Assembly: GCA_964539385.1 (NCBI GenBank)
Contig: CAZIJC010000001.1
Location: 16,860-80,859 of the forward strand
Length of the DNA: 64,000 bases
Direction: 5' to 3'
Origin: an uncultured Anaerolineales bacterium
Lineage (GTDB): Bacteria; Planctomycetota; Phycisphaerae; FEN-1346
This document shows, piece by piece, positions 46,271 to 55,390 of this stretch. The notes beneath the pieces were generated by a model. The model was not told where the DNA came from. It saw only the letters and a list, made by a program, of their open reading frames with translations, and did not search any database. A program made the translations under genes and the position numbers. Position 1 is the first letter of the stretch; each line of letters begins with the position of its first letter.

Positions 46271-47170
46271 TCACAGTAAAGCCGGCGCAACTCGCCTCGC
46301 CATCAGCCAGGCATCCAAAACGAAGGCGGCATCCATTGCGATGAACCAGTAGAGCATGCGCTGGATGAATGGCTCGTATTGCTTGGGCTCGCGAACCGGC
46401 CCCGCCGCCGACCAGAGCCCTCCCGGCCACAGGCCGGCCAGAAGGAGGGCGGCGAAAACCCGGGCCACCGGAGCCATGAAGCGCGCCGACTCGGTCGCCA
46501 CACTGAAGGCAATCATCGCGAACCCCCCCACAGCGGCAACCATAAACGCCACCGACCAAGGCCGAGTCGATACCTTGGCGCCCAGCCGGGCGCAAATGCT
46601 ATAGCCGGTTACGCACGCGCCGGCGAAGAACAGGGCGAGCCCATGGCGCACCCACAGCGGCCCGCTCGGAAGCAACAGTTCGATGCCGATGTCCCTGGGC
46701 ACACCCACCACGGCGGTTACGCCGATACCGAAGTTCAGAAATCGGCACAGCCCCATCACCGGCACAGCAACGTAGGCCGGGCCGCGCTTGGCGGCCATGT
46801 TGTACAGGTTGATGGCGGCAAACGTCCCGATGGCCAGCACGAGCGCCCCGTGGCCAACCATCACGGCACAGACGGCCGCCACGGCGCCCGTCAGGATTAG
46901 GAGCACAACGGCGGTGCCGATCCCGAGTTCACCCGTGACAAGCGGGCGTGGCACCTTCAGAAGACGGTCGCGGCGGACATCGACCAGATCGTTCTGGACC
47001 ATGCCAAACAGGTATAACCCCGCCGACGTGCCGCCGAGCAGCGCCGCCAGGTGCCAGTTGAACGGCAGGCCCCGGTAAAGGATAGCCACGGTGTAGCCGG
47101 CGACGACGTCGGCCACGGCGGTCACGAACAGCGGCAGGCGCAGAATTCGATATATACCGCGCACGCTCAT
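46271..47170 (-). CDS. UbiA-family prenyltransferase, integral membrane
   Basis: 299 aa with about 8 TM segments. Asp-rich motif NDLVDVRRDR. Confidence 0.7.
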   Translation of the reverse strand: MSVRGIYRILRLPLFVTAVADVVAGYTVAILYRGLPFNWHLAALLGGTSAGLYLFGMVQNDLVDVRRDRLLKVPRPLVTGELGIGTAVVLLILTGAVAAVCAVMVGHGALVLAIGTFAAINLYNMAAKRGPAYVAVPVMGLCRFLNFGIGVTAVVGVPRDIGIELLLPSGPLWVRHGLALFFAGACVTGYSICARLGAKVSTRPWSVAFMVAAVGGFAMIAFSVATESARFMAPVARVFAALLLAGLWPGGLWSAAGPVREPKQYEPFIQRMLYWFIAMDAAFVLDAWLMARRVAPALL

Positions 47171-47309
47171 CGTGCCGGCAGTCTATACCGAAGCCGCCGC
47201 GCTTTCCAGTGTTTTCACATTTCGCACGTGTTTAGCGTGTCATTCCGAGCGAGCGAAGCGAGTCGAGGAATCTCGCCGTTGGCCTGGAGTTTGCCGCCGC
47301 CGAAGCCGA

Positions 47310-47999
47310 TCAGCCGGCGAGGTGCTCCTTCAGGCCGTCGATTGCTCGCAGTTCATCGAGGCTTCGGATGACATGATCCGGGGGGCATGACGGGTCGGCT
47401 TCCGTCTCGGCGAACTTCGCCCCAGGACGAACGATCCGCACCGTCGTCCAGCCCAACTGCTTCGGCGCCGGGAAGTCCAAGGCGGGGTTATCGCCCACAA
47501 AAAGGGCCGGTCCCTCGAAGCCAATCCGCTGCTGAACCAGGCGAAACGGCGTCAGGCTCGGCTTAATGCCGTCCTGCCCGAGATCGTGCGTGAAGACAAC
47601 TTCGCGGAAGTACCGCGCCAAGCCGACGCAAGCGAGTTTCGCCCGCTGCGTCGGCCCGAAGCCGTCCGTGATGAGTGCAAGCGGAAGGCGGCGGCTCCAG
47701 AACTCCAGCGCGGGCTCGGCGTCCGGGTACGCATCGACTTGAACCGGCCGGCTGCGGTACAGGCCCACCAGTTCGCGGATGACCGCCTGGTCCGGCTCAA
47801 GCCCCGCCCGCTCAAGGACCGTGTCGAAGACCTTCGTCCGCAGGTCCGCCTCGTAGCACGCCACCAGTTCCCACTCGAAGTCGATCCGCGGCCCGTAAAG
47901 GTCCTCCAGCCGGCGGGCAACCGCAGCCAGCCGCGCCACGACAAACTCACGCTCCGGGCAGAGCGTGTCGTCCATGTCAAAGACAAGGCACTCGACCAT
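47310..47999 (-). CDS. HAD-superfamily hydrolase
   Basis: Tool ORF 47310..48188. Internal start MVECLVFDMDDTL gives motif I DxDxT. Motif IV GDNPALD. Confidence 0.6.
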   Translation of the reverse strand: MVECLVFDMDDTLCPEREFVVARLAAVARRLEDLYGPRIDFEWELVACYEADLRTKVFDTVLERAGLEPDQAVIRELVGLYRSRPVQVDAYPDAEPALEFWSRRLPLALITDGFGPTQRAKLACVGLARYFREVVFTHDLGQDGIKPSLTPFRLVQQRIGFEGPALFVGDNPALDFPAPKQLGWTTVRIVRPGAKFAETEADPSCPPDHVIRSLDELRAIDGLKEHLAG

Positions 48000-48027
48000 G
48001 CGCAGTCCCAGACCTCCCCCAAGCGCA

Positions 48028-48975
48028 TCACTCCGGCGGCAGCGGCTCCACGAGCGCCGCCACGTGAGCCGCAACGCTCCGGCCGAGGGCGTCCAGGTCG
48101 TACCCCCCTTCCAGGAGGCTGACGATGCGGCCGCGCGCCGTCTGATCGGCCAACCGTCGGATGCGGCGGGTCGCTTCGGCGTACGCATCCTCCGTAAATC
48201 CCAGACCGGCCAGCGGGTCGTCGCGGTGTGCGTCGAAACCGGCGGAGATGAAGACGAACTCCGGCCCGAAATCCTCGGCCCGGCTCAGACCGTCGTCGAG
48301 GGCGGCCAGGAACTCCCCGTCGCCGTCTCCGTGTGACAGCGGATAGTTCAGCGTCAGTCCCAAGCCGGCCCCCTCCCCCGTTTCGTCGGCCGCCCCCGTC
48401 CCGGGATAGAACGGCCACTGGTGCATCGAGACGTACATCACGCCGCCGTCAGAGTAGAAGATCGCCTGCGTCCCGTTGCCGTGGTGCACGTCCCAGTCGA
48501 TGATGAGGACGCGGGCGATGCCGTGAGCGGCCTGCGCGTACCGCGCTGCGACCGCCACGTTGTTCAGCAAACAGAACCCCATCGCCCGATCGCGGAGCGC
48601 GTGGTGCCCCGGCGGCCGCACGGCACAGAAGGCGCCGGAGACGGCGCCGTCCATCACGGCGTCCACGGCCGCGCACACACCGCCCGCCGCAAGATACGCC
48701 GCCTCTGCCGACGCCGGGCAGGCGTACGTGTCGGCGTCAAACCAGACGGTCCGGCCCGCCTCGGCGGAGCGTCGGACCCGCTCGATGTGCTCAATCGAAT
48801 GGACGCGCGCGAGGTCGGCCTCCTCGGCGGGCCGAACGGGAATCGGCGTCAGGCGGTTCCACAGGCCGGCCTCCGAGAGGGCCTCGCGCACGGCCGACAG
48901 CCGTGCCGCCCGTTCGGGGTGACCCGGGGCGTCGTGCGCAAGGTATCGCTCGTCGTAAACGATGCCGACCATCAT
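48028..48975 (-). CDS. Histone deacetylase-family (AcuC/acetylpolyamine amidohydrolase-like) zinc hydrolase
   Basis: Tool ORF 48028..49155, start at MMVGIVYDERY. Conserved PPGHHA and IDWDVHHGNGTQ blocks. The start overlaps the upstream stop (ATGA). Confidence 0.75.
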   Translation of the reverse strand: MMVGIVYDERYLAHDAPGHPERAARLSAVREALSEAGLWNRLTPIPVRPAEEADLARVHSIEHIERVRRSAEAGRTVWFDADTYACPASAEAAYLAAGGVCAAVDAVMDGAVSGAFCAVRPPGHHALRDRAMGFCLLNNVAVAARYAQAAHGIARVLIIDWDVHHGNGTQAIFYSDGGVMYVSMHQWPFYPGTGAADETGEGAGLGLTLNYPLSHGDGDGEFLAALDDGLSRAEDFGPEFVFISAGFDAHRDDPLAGLGFTEDAYAEATRRIRRLADQTARGRIVSLLEGGYDLDALGRSVAAHVAALVEPLPPE

Positions 48976-49268
48976 GAACTCGGCACCGGCGGCTGAGGCT
49001 GCGACCCGCCGTGCCACTGTTTCAGGTGCTCCAACTCGCGGTGGATCGGCCACTGGCCGAACGCGAGGACGAGCAACATGATGAAGTTCACGAGCGGCAC
49101 GAGCATCAGAAGACCCATCGCGCCCGGGTAACCGGCCTTTGAGAAGATCTTCCACCAGATGATGACCGTCAGAACGAGCATCAGCAGTGCGACCAGCAGC
49201 ACGATGACCAGGCCGATGCCTCCGGCGATCAGTTCCGCAGAGTCGGCGCCACTCGAATGGTATTGCAT
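48972..49268 (-). CDS. Small two-TM membrane protein, hypothetical
   Basis: Start MQYHSSGADSAELIAGGIGLVIVLLVALL. Two hydrophobic helices. Confidence 0.4.
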   Translation of the reverse strand: MQYHSSGADSAELIAGGIGLVIVLLVALLMLVLTVIIWWKIFSKAGYPGAMGLLMLVPLVNFIMLLVLAFGQWPIHRELEHLKQWHGGSQPQPPVPSS

Positions 49269-49364
49269 GCGTTTCTCCTTGTCAACGCCGGACGCAAGCC
49301 CGGGCTCCACCTGCCTATATTAACCGGCCGCACGCGATATTCGAGCAATAAGTCCGCCGCCGCA

Positions 49365-49835
49365 CTACCCTGCCGCGCCGACCTCCGCCAGCACCGTCTC
49401 GATGAGACCGTCGAGCGCGGCTTCGACGGCCGACGTCAGTCCCTCGCCAAGCGCCACCTCGCCGGCTTCGACGCCGAAGACGATGGTCGGCGGCAGGCGG
49501 GTGCCGGTCATCTGGGCCAAGCGGACCGCCGTCACGACCGTCAAGTCGTGGGCCGAGCGCCACTCGGGCGCATCGGCCGCCTTCTCAAGGAGTTCGTCGA
49601 GCGTGAAACGGTGGACCGTGCCGGGCTCGCGGCCGGCCTGAACGGCGTCGATGAGGATGACGCGCTCGGCCGCTTCGAGTTCGGGGATGACGGCCAGCAG
49701 GTCCGTCCCGGCGTCGATGGCGTCCACGTCCTCCGGCAGGCCGCGTCGCTGGAGCACCTCGATCGCCCGCGGTCCGATCCCCTCATCCCGCGCCAGGGGA
49801 TTGCCGACACCGACGATGACGGTTCGCGAGCCCAT
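49365..49835 (-). CDS. Hydrogenase maturation protease (HyaD/HybD/HycI family)
   Basis: Tool ORF 49365..49907. Internal start MGSRTVIVGVGNPLARDEGIGPRAIE aligns with the HybD N-terminus (ILVLGVGNILLTDEAIGVR). Conserved Asp and His metal ligands are present. Confidence 0.65.
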   Translation of the reverse strand: MGSRTVIVGVGNPLARDEGIGPRAIEVLQRRGLPEDVDAIDAGTDLLAVIPELEAAERVILIDAVQAGREPGTVHRFTLDELLEKAADAPEWRSAHDLTVVTAVRLAQMTGTRLPPTIVFGVEAGEVALGEGLTSAVEAALDGLIETVLAEVGAAG

Positions 49836-50125
49836 CGCACCCCGCACGGAAGCCGGGACCTCAAAGGCCGAAGGGCGCCATTCTACGGAGGGCGAATCGC
49901 CTGTCAAGCAACCGGCCTTTGGCGAGGCGGTCCAGCGCCGGCAGGTTCAGGGTTGCGGCGGCCGGAGGCGCCGGGACACCTGGGATTCGGGACGGTTGCG
50001 TCCCCCCTTTCCGCCAAGGCGGGCGTTGGCCAACCGCGCCGGTGCGATCACAGGACGCTTTGCGGCGGCCCTCGTGCTTTCGGCGCCGTTCGGCCTTCCA
50101 AAGGGCCTGTGAGAACGCATAATTG

Positions 50126-50154
50126 TTGCTGAGCAAACCTGCCGCCGCTATAAT
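50126..50154 (+). promoter_or_regulatory. Sigma-70-type promoter (TTGCTG, 17 bp spacer, TATAAT) upstream of the pseudopilin cluster
   Basis: Perfect TATAAT at about 50149-50154 with a TTGCTG -35. It lies about 50 nt upstream of the AAGGAG SD and GTG at 50202. Confidence 0.45.
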
Positions 50155-50201
50155 GCCGATAGGGAAGCGAGAGAACCTTGGCACCAACAAGGAGCAGCGC
50201 C

Positions 50202-51179
50202 GTGACTGGAACAGGTAAAGCCCGGGCGGGGTTCAGCCTGATGGAAATCCTCATGGCCGTCGGAATCCTCGGCGTCGGGATGACCATGGTGGCCTCGGTG
50301 TTCCCCGTGGCGGTGGACCAGAGCCGCCGCAGTCGCGACCTGACCATGGCGGCCCTGAGCGCGCGCAGCGTGGCGGCGGCCTTGCGCGCTCGCCGCCAGG
50401 AAGTGGTCAATGCGCTGCGAGATGCGAATACGGAGAGTGCGTGGGGAACCTTTGAGGATGGCGCTGATGCGAAGACACCCAGGACGGCGCGGTTAGACTC
50501 AGACCAAACGCCGACAGGCTCGCAGGCAGGGCTACTACCGCCACTTCCGCGGGAACTGCGGTCTTACAACCCCAGGGGTTTCCTTTACGACGACAGTGCC
50601 GATGGCGGTGGAACAAAGAGCGCCCGCCAGTACAGCGCCAACCTGGAAGGGATAGACGGCCTGTGGAGCGCCGGCAGTTATGTCCCGGTCGTTTTCGCCA
50701 CACCCATCAGCAACGACCCGAACGATAACGAGACCAACAAGGCGGGCCACGGCCCCTGGCGGATCACCATCATGATTTACAAATCGCGAGGGCAACAGCC
50801 CGACTACCTCAATCAGAATCCGTCGTCCAGTTGGGTCTGGAACCAGAGAAAGGCGAGCGCCAAGAACCCCGGAGGCGCCGGCAGTTACGTCATGGACTGG
50901 CGGTTTTCGGGCGGCTCCCAACAGATGAACAACCGCGGCGAGGCGTACAAGGTGCAGCGGCATGTTCCGCTGACAACGCGGCAGGACGCTGTCGTTCCCG
51001 CCGTCGCATTCAAGAAGGCCCCGGGAGCAAGACCCGGCTTCCCCTTTTTTAATGCATTCGTGGCCGGCGGCGACCAGAGCAAAGGCACGGACTGCTACAG
51101 CCTGACCAACAGCATTCCCTCCGAGTGGGTCAGCCTGCCCGGGGCCATCGCCGCCTATCACACCATATTGGGAGACTGA
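50202..51179 (+). CDS. Pseudopilin / prepilin-type N-terminal cleavage-methylation domain protein
   Basis: GTG start with an AAGGAG SD. N-terminal KARAGFSLMEILMAVGILGVGMTMVASVF is the class III signal (GFxLxE plus a hydrophobic helix). Confidence 0.65.
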   Translation: MTGTGKARAGFSLMEILMAVGILGVGMTMVASVFPVAVDQSRRSRDLTMAALSARSVAAALRARRQEVVNALRDANTESAWGTFEDGADAKTPRTARLDSDQTPTGSQAGLLPPLPRELRSYNPRGFLYDDSADGGGTKSARQYSANLEGIDGLWSAGSYVPVVFATPISNDPNDNETNKAGHGPWRITIMIYKSRGQQPDYLNQNPSSSWVWNQRKASAKNPGGAGSYVMDWRFSGGSQQMNNRGEAYKVQRHVPLTTRQDAVVPAVAFKKAPGARPGFPFFNAFVAGGDQSKGTDCYSLTNSIPSEWVSLPGAIAAYHTILGD

Positions 51180-51181
51180 CC

Positions 51182-52180
51182 GTGAAGCGAGCGCGACCAG
51201 TCAGGCGAGCAGGCCGCCGCACGGCCTTCACACTCGTCGAACTCGTGACCGCAGCGTCTCTGATGACGGTCATCATGCTCGGCGTTGTCCAGGTGTTCGG
51301 CATCGTCATGCAAACGGCCTCCGACGCCGAGGGCATTCACTTCGCCCAGCAGCAACTGCGGGCGCTGCTCAACCGGCTTCACAACGACCTGCGCGGCATG
51401 ACCCGCGAGGGGTATCTGCAGATCAGGCGCGGCAGCACCCAGCCGACGGGCGCCTCCTACACCTTCAACCCGTCTCCGGGCAACCCGATGCCCGCAAGCG
51501 CGTACGCTTGCGATACGCTGGCCTTCGTCACGATCGGCCAATGCGCCAGCGCTTTTCACGGAAACGCCGACGCCAACACCGCCGAGGTCGTCTATACCAA
51601 CAACGTGAAGACCCCTGAGAACCCCCTCCATGTCGACGGCAGGCCGGTAGACGCGCGGCGCGGCATCCTCGCCCGCGGCGAGTGGATCATAGCAGGCAAC
51701 AGCAGTCTCGCCGGTAATGCCACCGATGGGGACGATATCTCGGCGGCGACGTTTCTCTACGACATGTTCAGAAACCAGCAGAACTTCGGCAGCGACGACC
51801 GGATCTCGATGTCCGGCGGGCACGTCGTCGTCCACCCGTGGATCGCCACAGAGAACCTCCCCCCCGATCAATGGCGCACCTTGAAGCGCGTCATGGCCTC
51901 CTGCGTCAGCGAGTTCCACGTCGAGGTCTTCGATCCGAATGCAGACACCACCGGAACGCTCACCGGGTATTTCAACACCCCCGAGAACCAGTACAGGTAC
52001 ACGTGGTCATGGAGACCGAACGCCAACGATACCATCACCACCTGGCCCCGCGCCATTCGCGTCACGGTGGCCGTCCACGATCCGGCCGACACCGACCTGC
52101 CCCAAACAGACCGCACCGGCGCGGTCAAACGTTTCCGCGGCTTTGCCTTGCAGGAGGTCTTCTGGCTGACCGACCCGTAG
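51182..52180 (+). CDS. Pseudopilin / prepilin-type N-terminal cleavage-methylation domain protein
   Basis: GTG start 2 nt after the upstream TGA. N-terminal RRTAFTLVELVTAASLMTVIMLGV. Confidence 0.65.
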   Translation: MKRARPVRRAGRRTAFTLVELVTAASLMTVIMLGVVQVFGIVMQTASDAEGIHFAQQQLRALLNRLHNDLRGMTREGYLQIRRGSTQPTGASYTFNPSPGNPMPASAYACDTLAFVTIGQCASAFHGNADANTAEVVYTNNVKTPENPLHVDGRPVDARRGILARGEWIIAGNSSLAGNATDGDDISAATFLYDMFRNQQNFGSDDRISMSGGHVVVHPWIATENLPPDQWRTLKRVMASCVSEFHVEVFDPNADTTGTLTGYFNTPENQYRYTWSWRPNANDTITTWPRAIRVTVAVHDPADTDLPQTDRTGAVKRFRGFALQEVFWLTDP

Positions 52181-52193
52181 GGCGGGACGGCAA

Positions 52194-52362
52194 GCAAATG
52201 CCTAATGACTAATGACTAATGAATGACCAGACCACAATGGCGAATGACGGCGAAAAGCATCCAACGCCCCGCGTCGCCCCAGGCCATTCGTCATTCGCCA
52301 TTGCCTTTTGATTAGTCATTAGACATTAGTCATTGGGTATCGGGCATTAGGCATTCATGCAG
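52194..52362. repeat. Large AT-rich imperfect palindrome (about 165 bp, arms about 50-60 bp built from TAATGAC heptamers; inner perfect 15-bp inverted repeat CAATGGCGAATGACG), MITE-like
   Basis: Left arm aaatgcctaatgactaatgactaatgaatgacc...caatggcgaatgacg. Right arm cgtcattcgccattg...gattagtcattagacattagtcattgg...gcattaggcatt. It sits between the second pseudopilin gene and the GspK-like gene. Confidence 0.7.
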
Positions 52363-52384
52363 CATGCGCCGGCAAGGAGAACCC

Positions 52385-55342
52385 ATGAGGTCACCTGGTT
52401 CGGTCCTGATCGTCGTGCTTGGCCTGCTCGCCATCCTGGCGGTCGTGGGCCTCACGTTCGTGACGATGAGCAGCATCGACCGCCGCAGCGCCGCCAACTT
52501 CGCCCTCCAGAGCCAGTTCATGCTGGCTGCCGACGGCACCGTCGACTACGTCTGCCACCACCTCATCCAGGACCTCTGGTACTATGACCCCAAGACCGAA
52601 CTCTACCACGACCGCCTTCTGACCAACCAGAACGGCGGGGCCGGCGAGGAAGTGCCACTGGCCCGAAACGAGCCTTTCGATTGCCCGAGGCTCGAGTACG
52701 ACCCCTGGCTGTCGACCACGCCGAACGGCGAGTCGATTCCCGACACAGGCCAGTTCTCCTACGGCAACCAGGGCGGCGCCCACTACGGCCTGACCGCTTG
52801 GGGCCTCGGTACGCCCCAGAATCAGCGCCCCAACAACCTCGGCTGGCCGACCAACCGCCAGGTCCGGCCGTACACCCAAGGCAACGGACACGGCGTCTGG
52901 ATTCCCCATCTGTCGTTCCCGTTCGACGTCGGCCTCATCCGCGTCAGCGTCACCGTCCTGGACCACGGGGCCATGACCAACCTGAATGCCCACGGCAGGA
53001 ACAGCAACAGCGTCCAGGAGTGCGACAGGTACGGGTACCTCGTCAGCGACGTGGACCCGTCGCATTTTGCCTTCAACGTCGAGGCTCTGCTGAACGGCTC
53101 CGGCTACCCGCCCGGCCTGTGGAGCGGGCAAGACAAGCCGTATAACGATCATCTGTACGAGGCCATCGCCGAGAACCCCGGCCGCTACGGCGATAAGCCG
53201 TTCACCCTGGACGAGGAGTTTGAACTGAGGCGCCTTATCGGCACGCATTTCCAGAGCCGCCTGGAGAGATTCGGCGGTGGCAACCTGGATTCCGCACCCG
53301 ACACGGCCAGCGACACGAAAGCCCGGAAGCGCCTCAGCCTGACAACCGTCAGTTGGACCAGCGAGGTGCGACCCGACTACGAGGACCCAACCGGCCAGAT
53401 ACGCGACGTCGTCTCTCCGCTGCCCAGAGAAACGGCGGACGCCGCGCTGCAGACCACAGACTGGTCCCCGCGCAAGATCGACCTGAACCTCGACGAGCCC
53501 GCCGAGATCCGAAAGGCGCTGAGGTACGGCTACGTTTTTGATTTCGATCCGAGCGCTACCGACGACCCCAAGACAAAATTGGTCAATCAACTGGTCGCCA
53601 ACATCGACGCGTTCCGCGACGGCAGCGACGACAAGGACCCCATCACGAGTTGCCCCGGCGCGGATAGCGCAGTCGGGGCGGCCCCACAGCCCGTCTTCAG
53701 CAAGATCGAGGTGCATAGAGAGCCGGAAATCGATGCGAGCGGCGACGCAACGTCCATGAAGTGGACGATCAAAGTCCAGATCATCAGCCCCTGGCCCGGC
53801 AACGTCTATGGCGACATGGGAGGGCTTAGAGTCGAGAACGTTAGCCTGAAGCCCGTTGAGAGACAGGGGAGTACCGAGAACATAGATTTTGACAAGATAT
53901 TCCCCGAGGAAGACACGATGCCCCCGGACCCCACAAGCAAGCCGTGGGTCTATACGGCCGAGTTGACGACCGATAAGGACCCACTGACGGGTAAGTTCGA
54001 ACTCTATACCGCCCACCTGGACAAGATACAACTTGTGGCCGCCGGCGCGGTCCTCGACGAGATCGACGCCTCCGTGCTGAACGACCTTTGCACGGAGGGC
54101 GACATGGGCATGTCGAAGACCGAATCGAAGTGGCGCATGATCCACCGCGAGCAAGAGAAGCGCCCCCCCGAAGCAGGAGGAGCACCGGACCCCAAGGACA
54201 GCATTTGGGTGGTTTACATCGGCGATTGGAAAGACCAGGCAGGGGACATCACCCAGTTCGCTTTCGCCAACAAGCCGCCCGGTGCGATCCCCATCTGGTT
54301 TCTACGCTCCGTCGGCAGCCGACTCCGACCGAACCTGCACGAAAAGGGCCTGCCCCCGTACCCGATGCAGAACGTTGTGCGGCAGGGCGGTACCGGTGCC
54401 AACCATCCGTTCCGGGCCTTCGCCCGCGTCGGCGACCTCAACCAGGTCCTCTGCCCCAGGCTGGAAGACATCCAGGCGGCGCAGGGAGACAACGGCGAAG
54501 AGAGACACTTCTTCTGGCCATGGGTACCGAGGGTCGCCAGGGCCGCCACAAGGATTGCGGAGCAAGGCTCGGACCTTATCCGCGAAGAAAAAAGACTGAA
54601 ATTCGACTGGAACGACCCCACGCTCCCCATGCCCGGCAACTGCAGCCGCATGAACGCCGCAAACGTCCTCTGCGTAGGCGGGCCGTGGCTCGATGAACTC
54701 GACAACGACGGCGACGGCACGATCGATGATGTCAAACCCGACCCGGCGCCTCCCGGGTGGAGCCAGGCTCCCCCCGCCGACAGAGGCATGAGCCCCGATC
54801 AAGCCGTGGGCGACGAGGGTGGCGATGGCCGCTTCGGCGGACCCGAACTCAGGGTCGCCGGAAAGATCAACCTCAACACCGCCACCGACGACACCCTCAG
54901 GGCACTCGCCAAGGGCGTGGATCTGCCCGACGCAGGCATGTCAGAGACGCAATTCGTCAATGCCGTGAGGACCAGACGCGCTGACACCGACCGCGAGCCC
55001 ATGGGCAGCCCGGTTGAGGTATTCAAAAACCACCTCGACGCAGAAAACGGAGTCACCCAGGCTGACGCCACGAGTAAACTCCAGCAACGCGACCTCGTCT
55101 TCACGCGGATATCGAATATCGCCACCCTTCGCAGCGACACGTTCTCCATCTACGGCACGATCGAGTACGGCCTCATCCAGGGCGACAACCCGCCGAACAA
55201 CACGTCGTTCCAGGCGATGCGGCGGCGGCGGTTCTGGGCCCTGGTGGACCGCAGCCCGTGCCTCGCATACTACCCCGGCCTTCGCGGCCGCGACCCGAAG
55301 TTCATCCGCCCGCGCATCCTGAATTTCCAGTGGCTCGACTGA
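52385..55342 (+). CDS. Large GspK-like minor pseudopilin-type protein (986 aa)
   Basis: Tool ORF 52364..55342. Start MRSPGSVLIVVLGLLAILAVVGLTFV has an AAGGAG SD and is a GspK/PilX-like N-terminus. A long extracellular domain follows. Confidence 0.5.
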   Translation: MRSPGSVLIVVLGLLAILAVVGLTFVTMSSIDRRSAANFALQSQFMLAADGTVDYVCHHLIQDLWYYDPKTELYHDRLLTNQNGGAGEEVPLARNEPFDCPRLEYDPWLSTTPNGESIPDTGQFSYGNQGGAHYGLTAWGLGTPQNQRPNNLGWPTNRQVRPYTQGNGHGVWIPHLSFPFDVGLIRVSVTVLDHGAMTNLNAHGRNSNSVQECDRYGYLVSDVDPSHFAFNVEALLNGSGYPPGLWSGQDKPYNDHLYEAIAENPGRYGDKPFTLDEEFELRRLIGTHFQSRLERFGGGNLDSAPDTASDTKARKRLSLTTVSWTSEVRPDYEDPTGQIRDVVSPLPRETADAALQTTDWSPRKIDLNLDEPAEIRKALRYGYVFDFDPSATDDPKTKLVNQLVANIDAFRDGSDDKDPITSCPGADSAVGAAPQPVFSKIEVHREPEIDASGDATSMKWTIKVQIISPWPGNVYGDMGGLRVENVSLKPVERQGSTENIDFDKIFPEEDTMPPDPTSKPWVYTAELTTDKDPLTGKFELYTAHLDKIQLVAAGAVLDEIDASVLNDLCTEGDMGMSKTESKWRMIHREQEKRPPEAGGAPDPKDSIWVVYIGDWKDQAGDITQFAFANKPPGAIPIWFLRSVGSRLRPNLHEKGLPPYPMQNVVRQGGTGANHPFRAFARVGDLNQVLCPRLEDIQAAQGDNGEERHFFWPWVPRVARAATRIAEQGSDLIREEKRLKFDWNDPTLPMPGNCSRMNAANVLCVGGPWLDELDNDGDGTIDDVKPDPAPPGWSQAPPADRGMSPDQAVGDEGGDGRFGGPELRVAGKINLNTATDDTLRALAKGVDLPDAGMSETQFVNAVRTRRADTDREPMGSPVEVFKNHLDAENGVTQADATSKLQQRDLVFTRISNIATLRSDTFSIYGTIEYGLIQGDNPPNNTSFQAMRRRRFWALVDRSPCLAYYPGLRGRDPKFIRPRILNFQWLD

Positions 55343-55353
55343 GCCCTGTTATC

Positions 55354-55383
55354 TTGTCATCCTGAGCGAGTCCTGCCTATAAT
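55354..55383 (+). promoter_or_regulatory. Sigma-70-type promoter (TTGTCA, 18 bp spacer, TATAAT) placing the TSS within about 1-2 nt of the VWA gene ATG (leaderless-type)
   Basis: TATAAT at about 55378-55383, ATG at 55391, and no SD in between. Confidence 0.4.
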
Positions 55384-55390
55384 CACACTC

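Noticed and set aside
49836-49907. Longer N-terminal extension (MTGDSPSVEW...) of the hydrogenase maturation protease
   Set aside because: Homologues start at the MxxxVIVGVGN position. The extension is unconserved and low-complexity.
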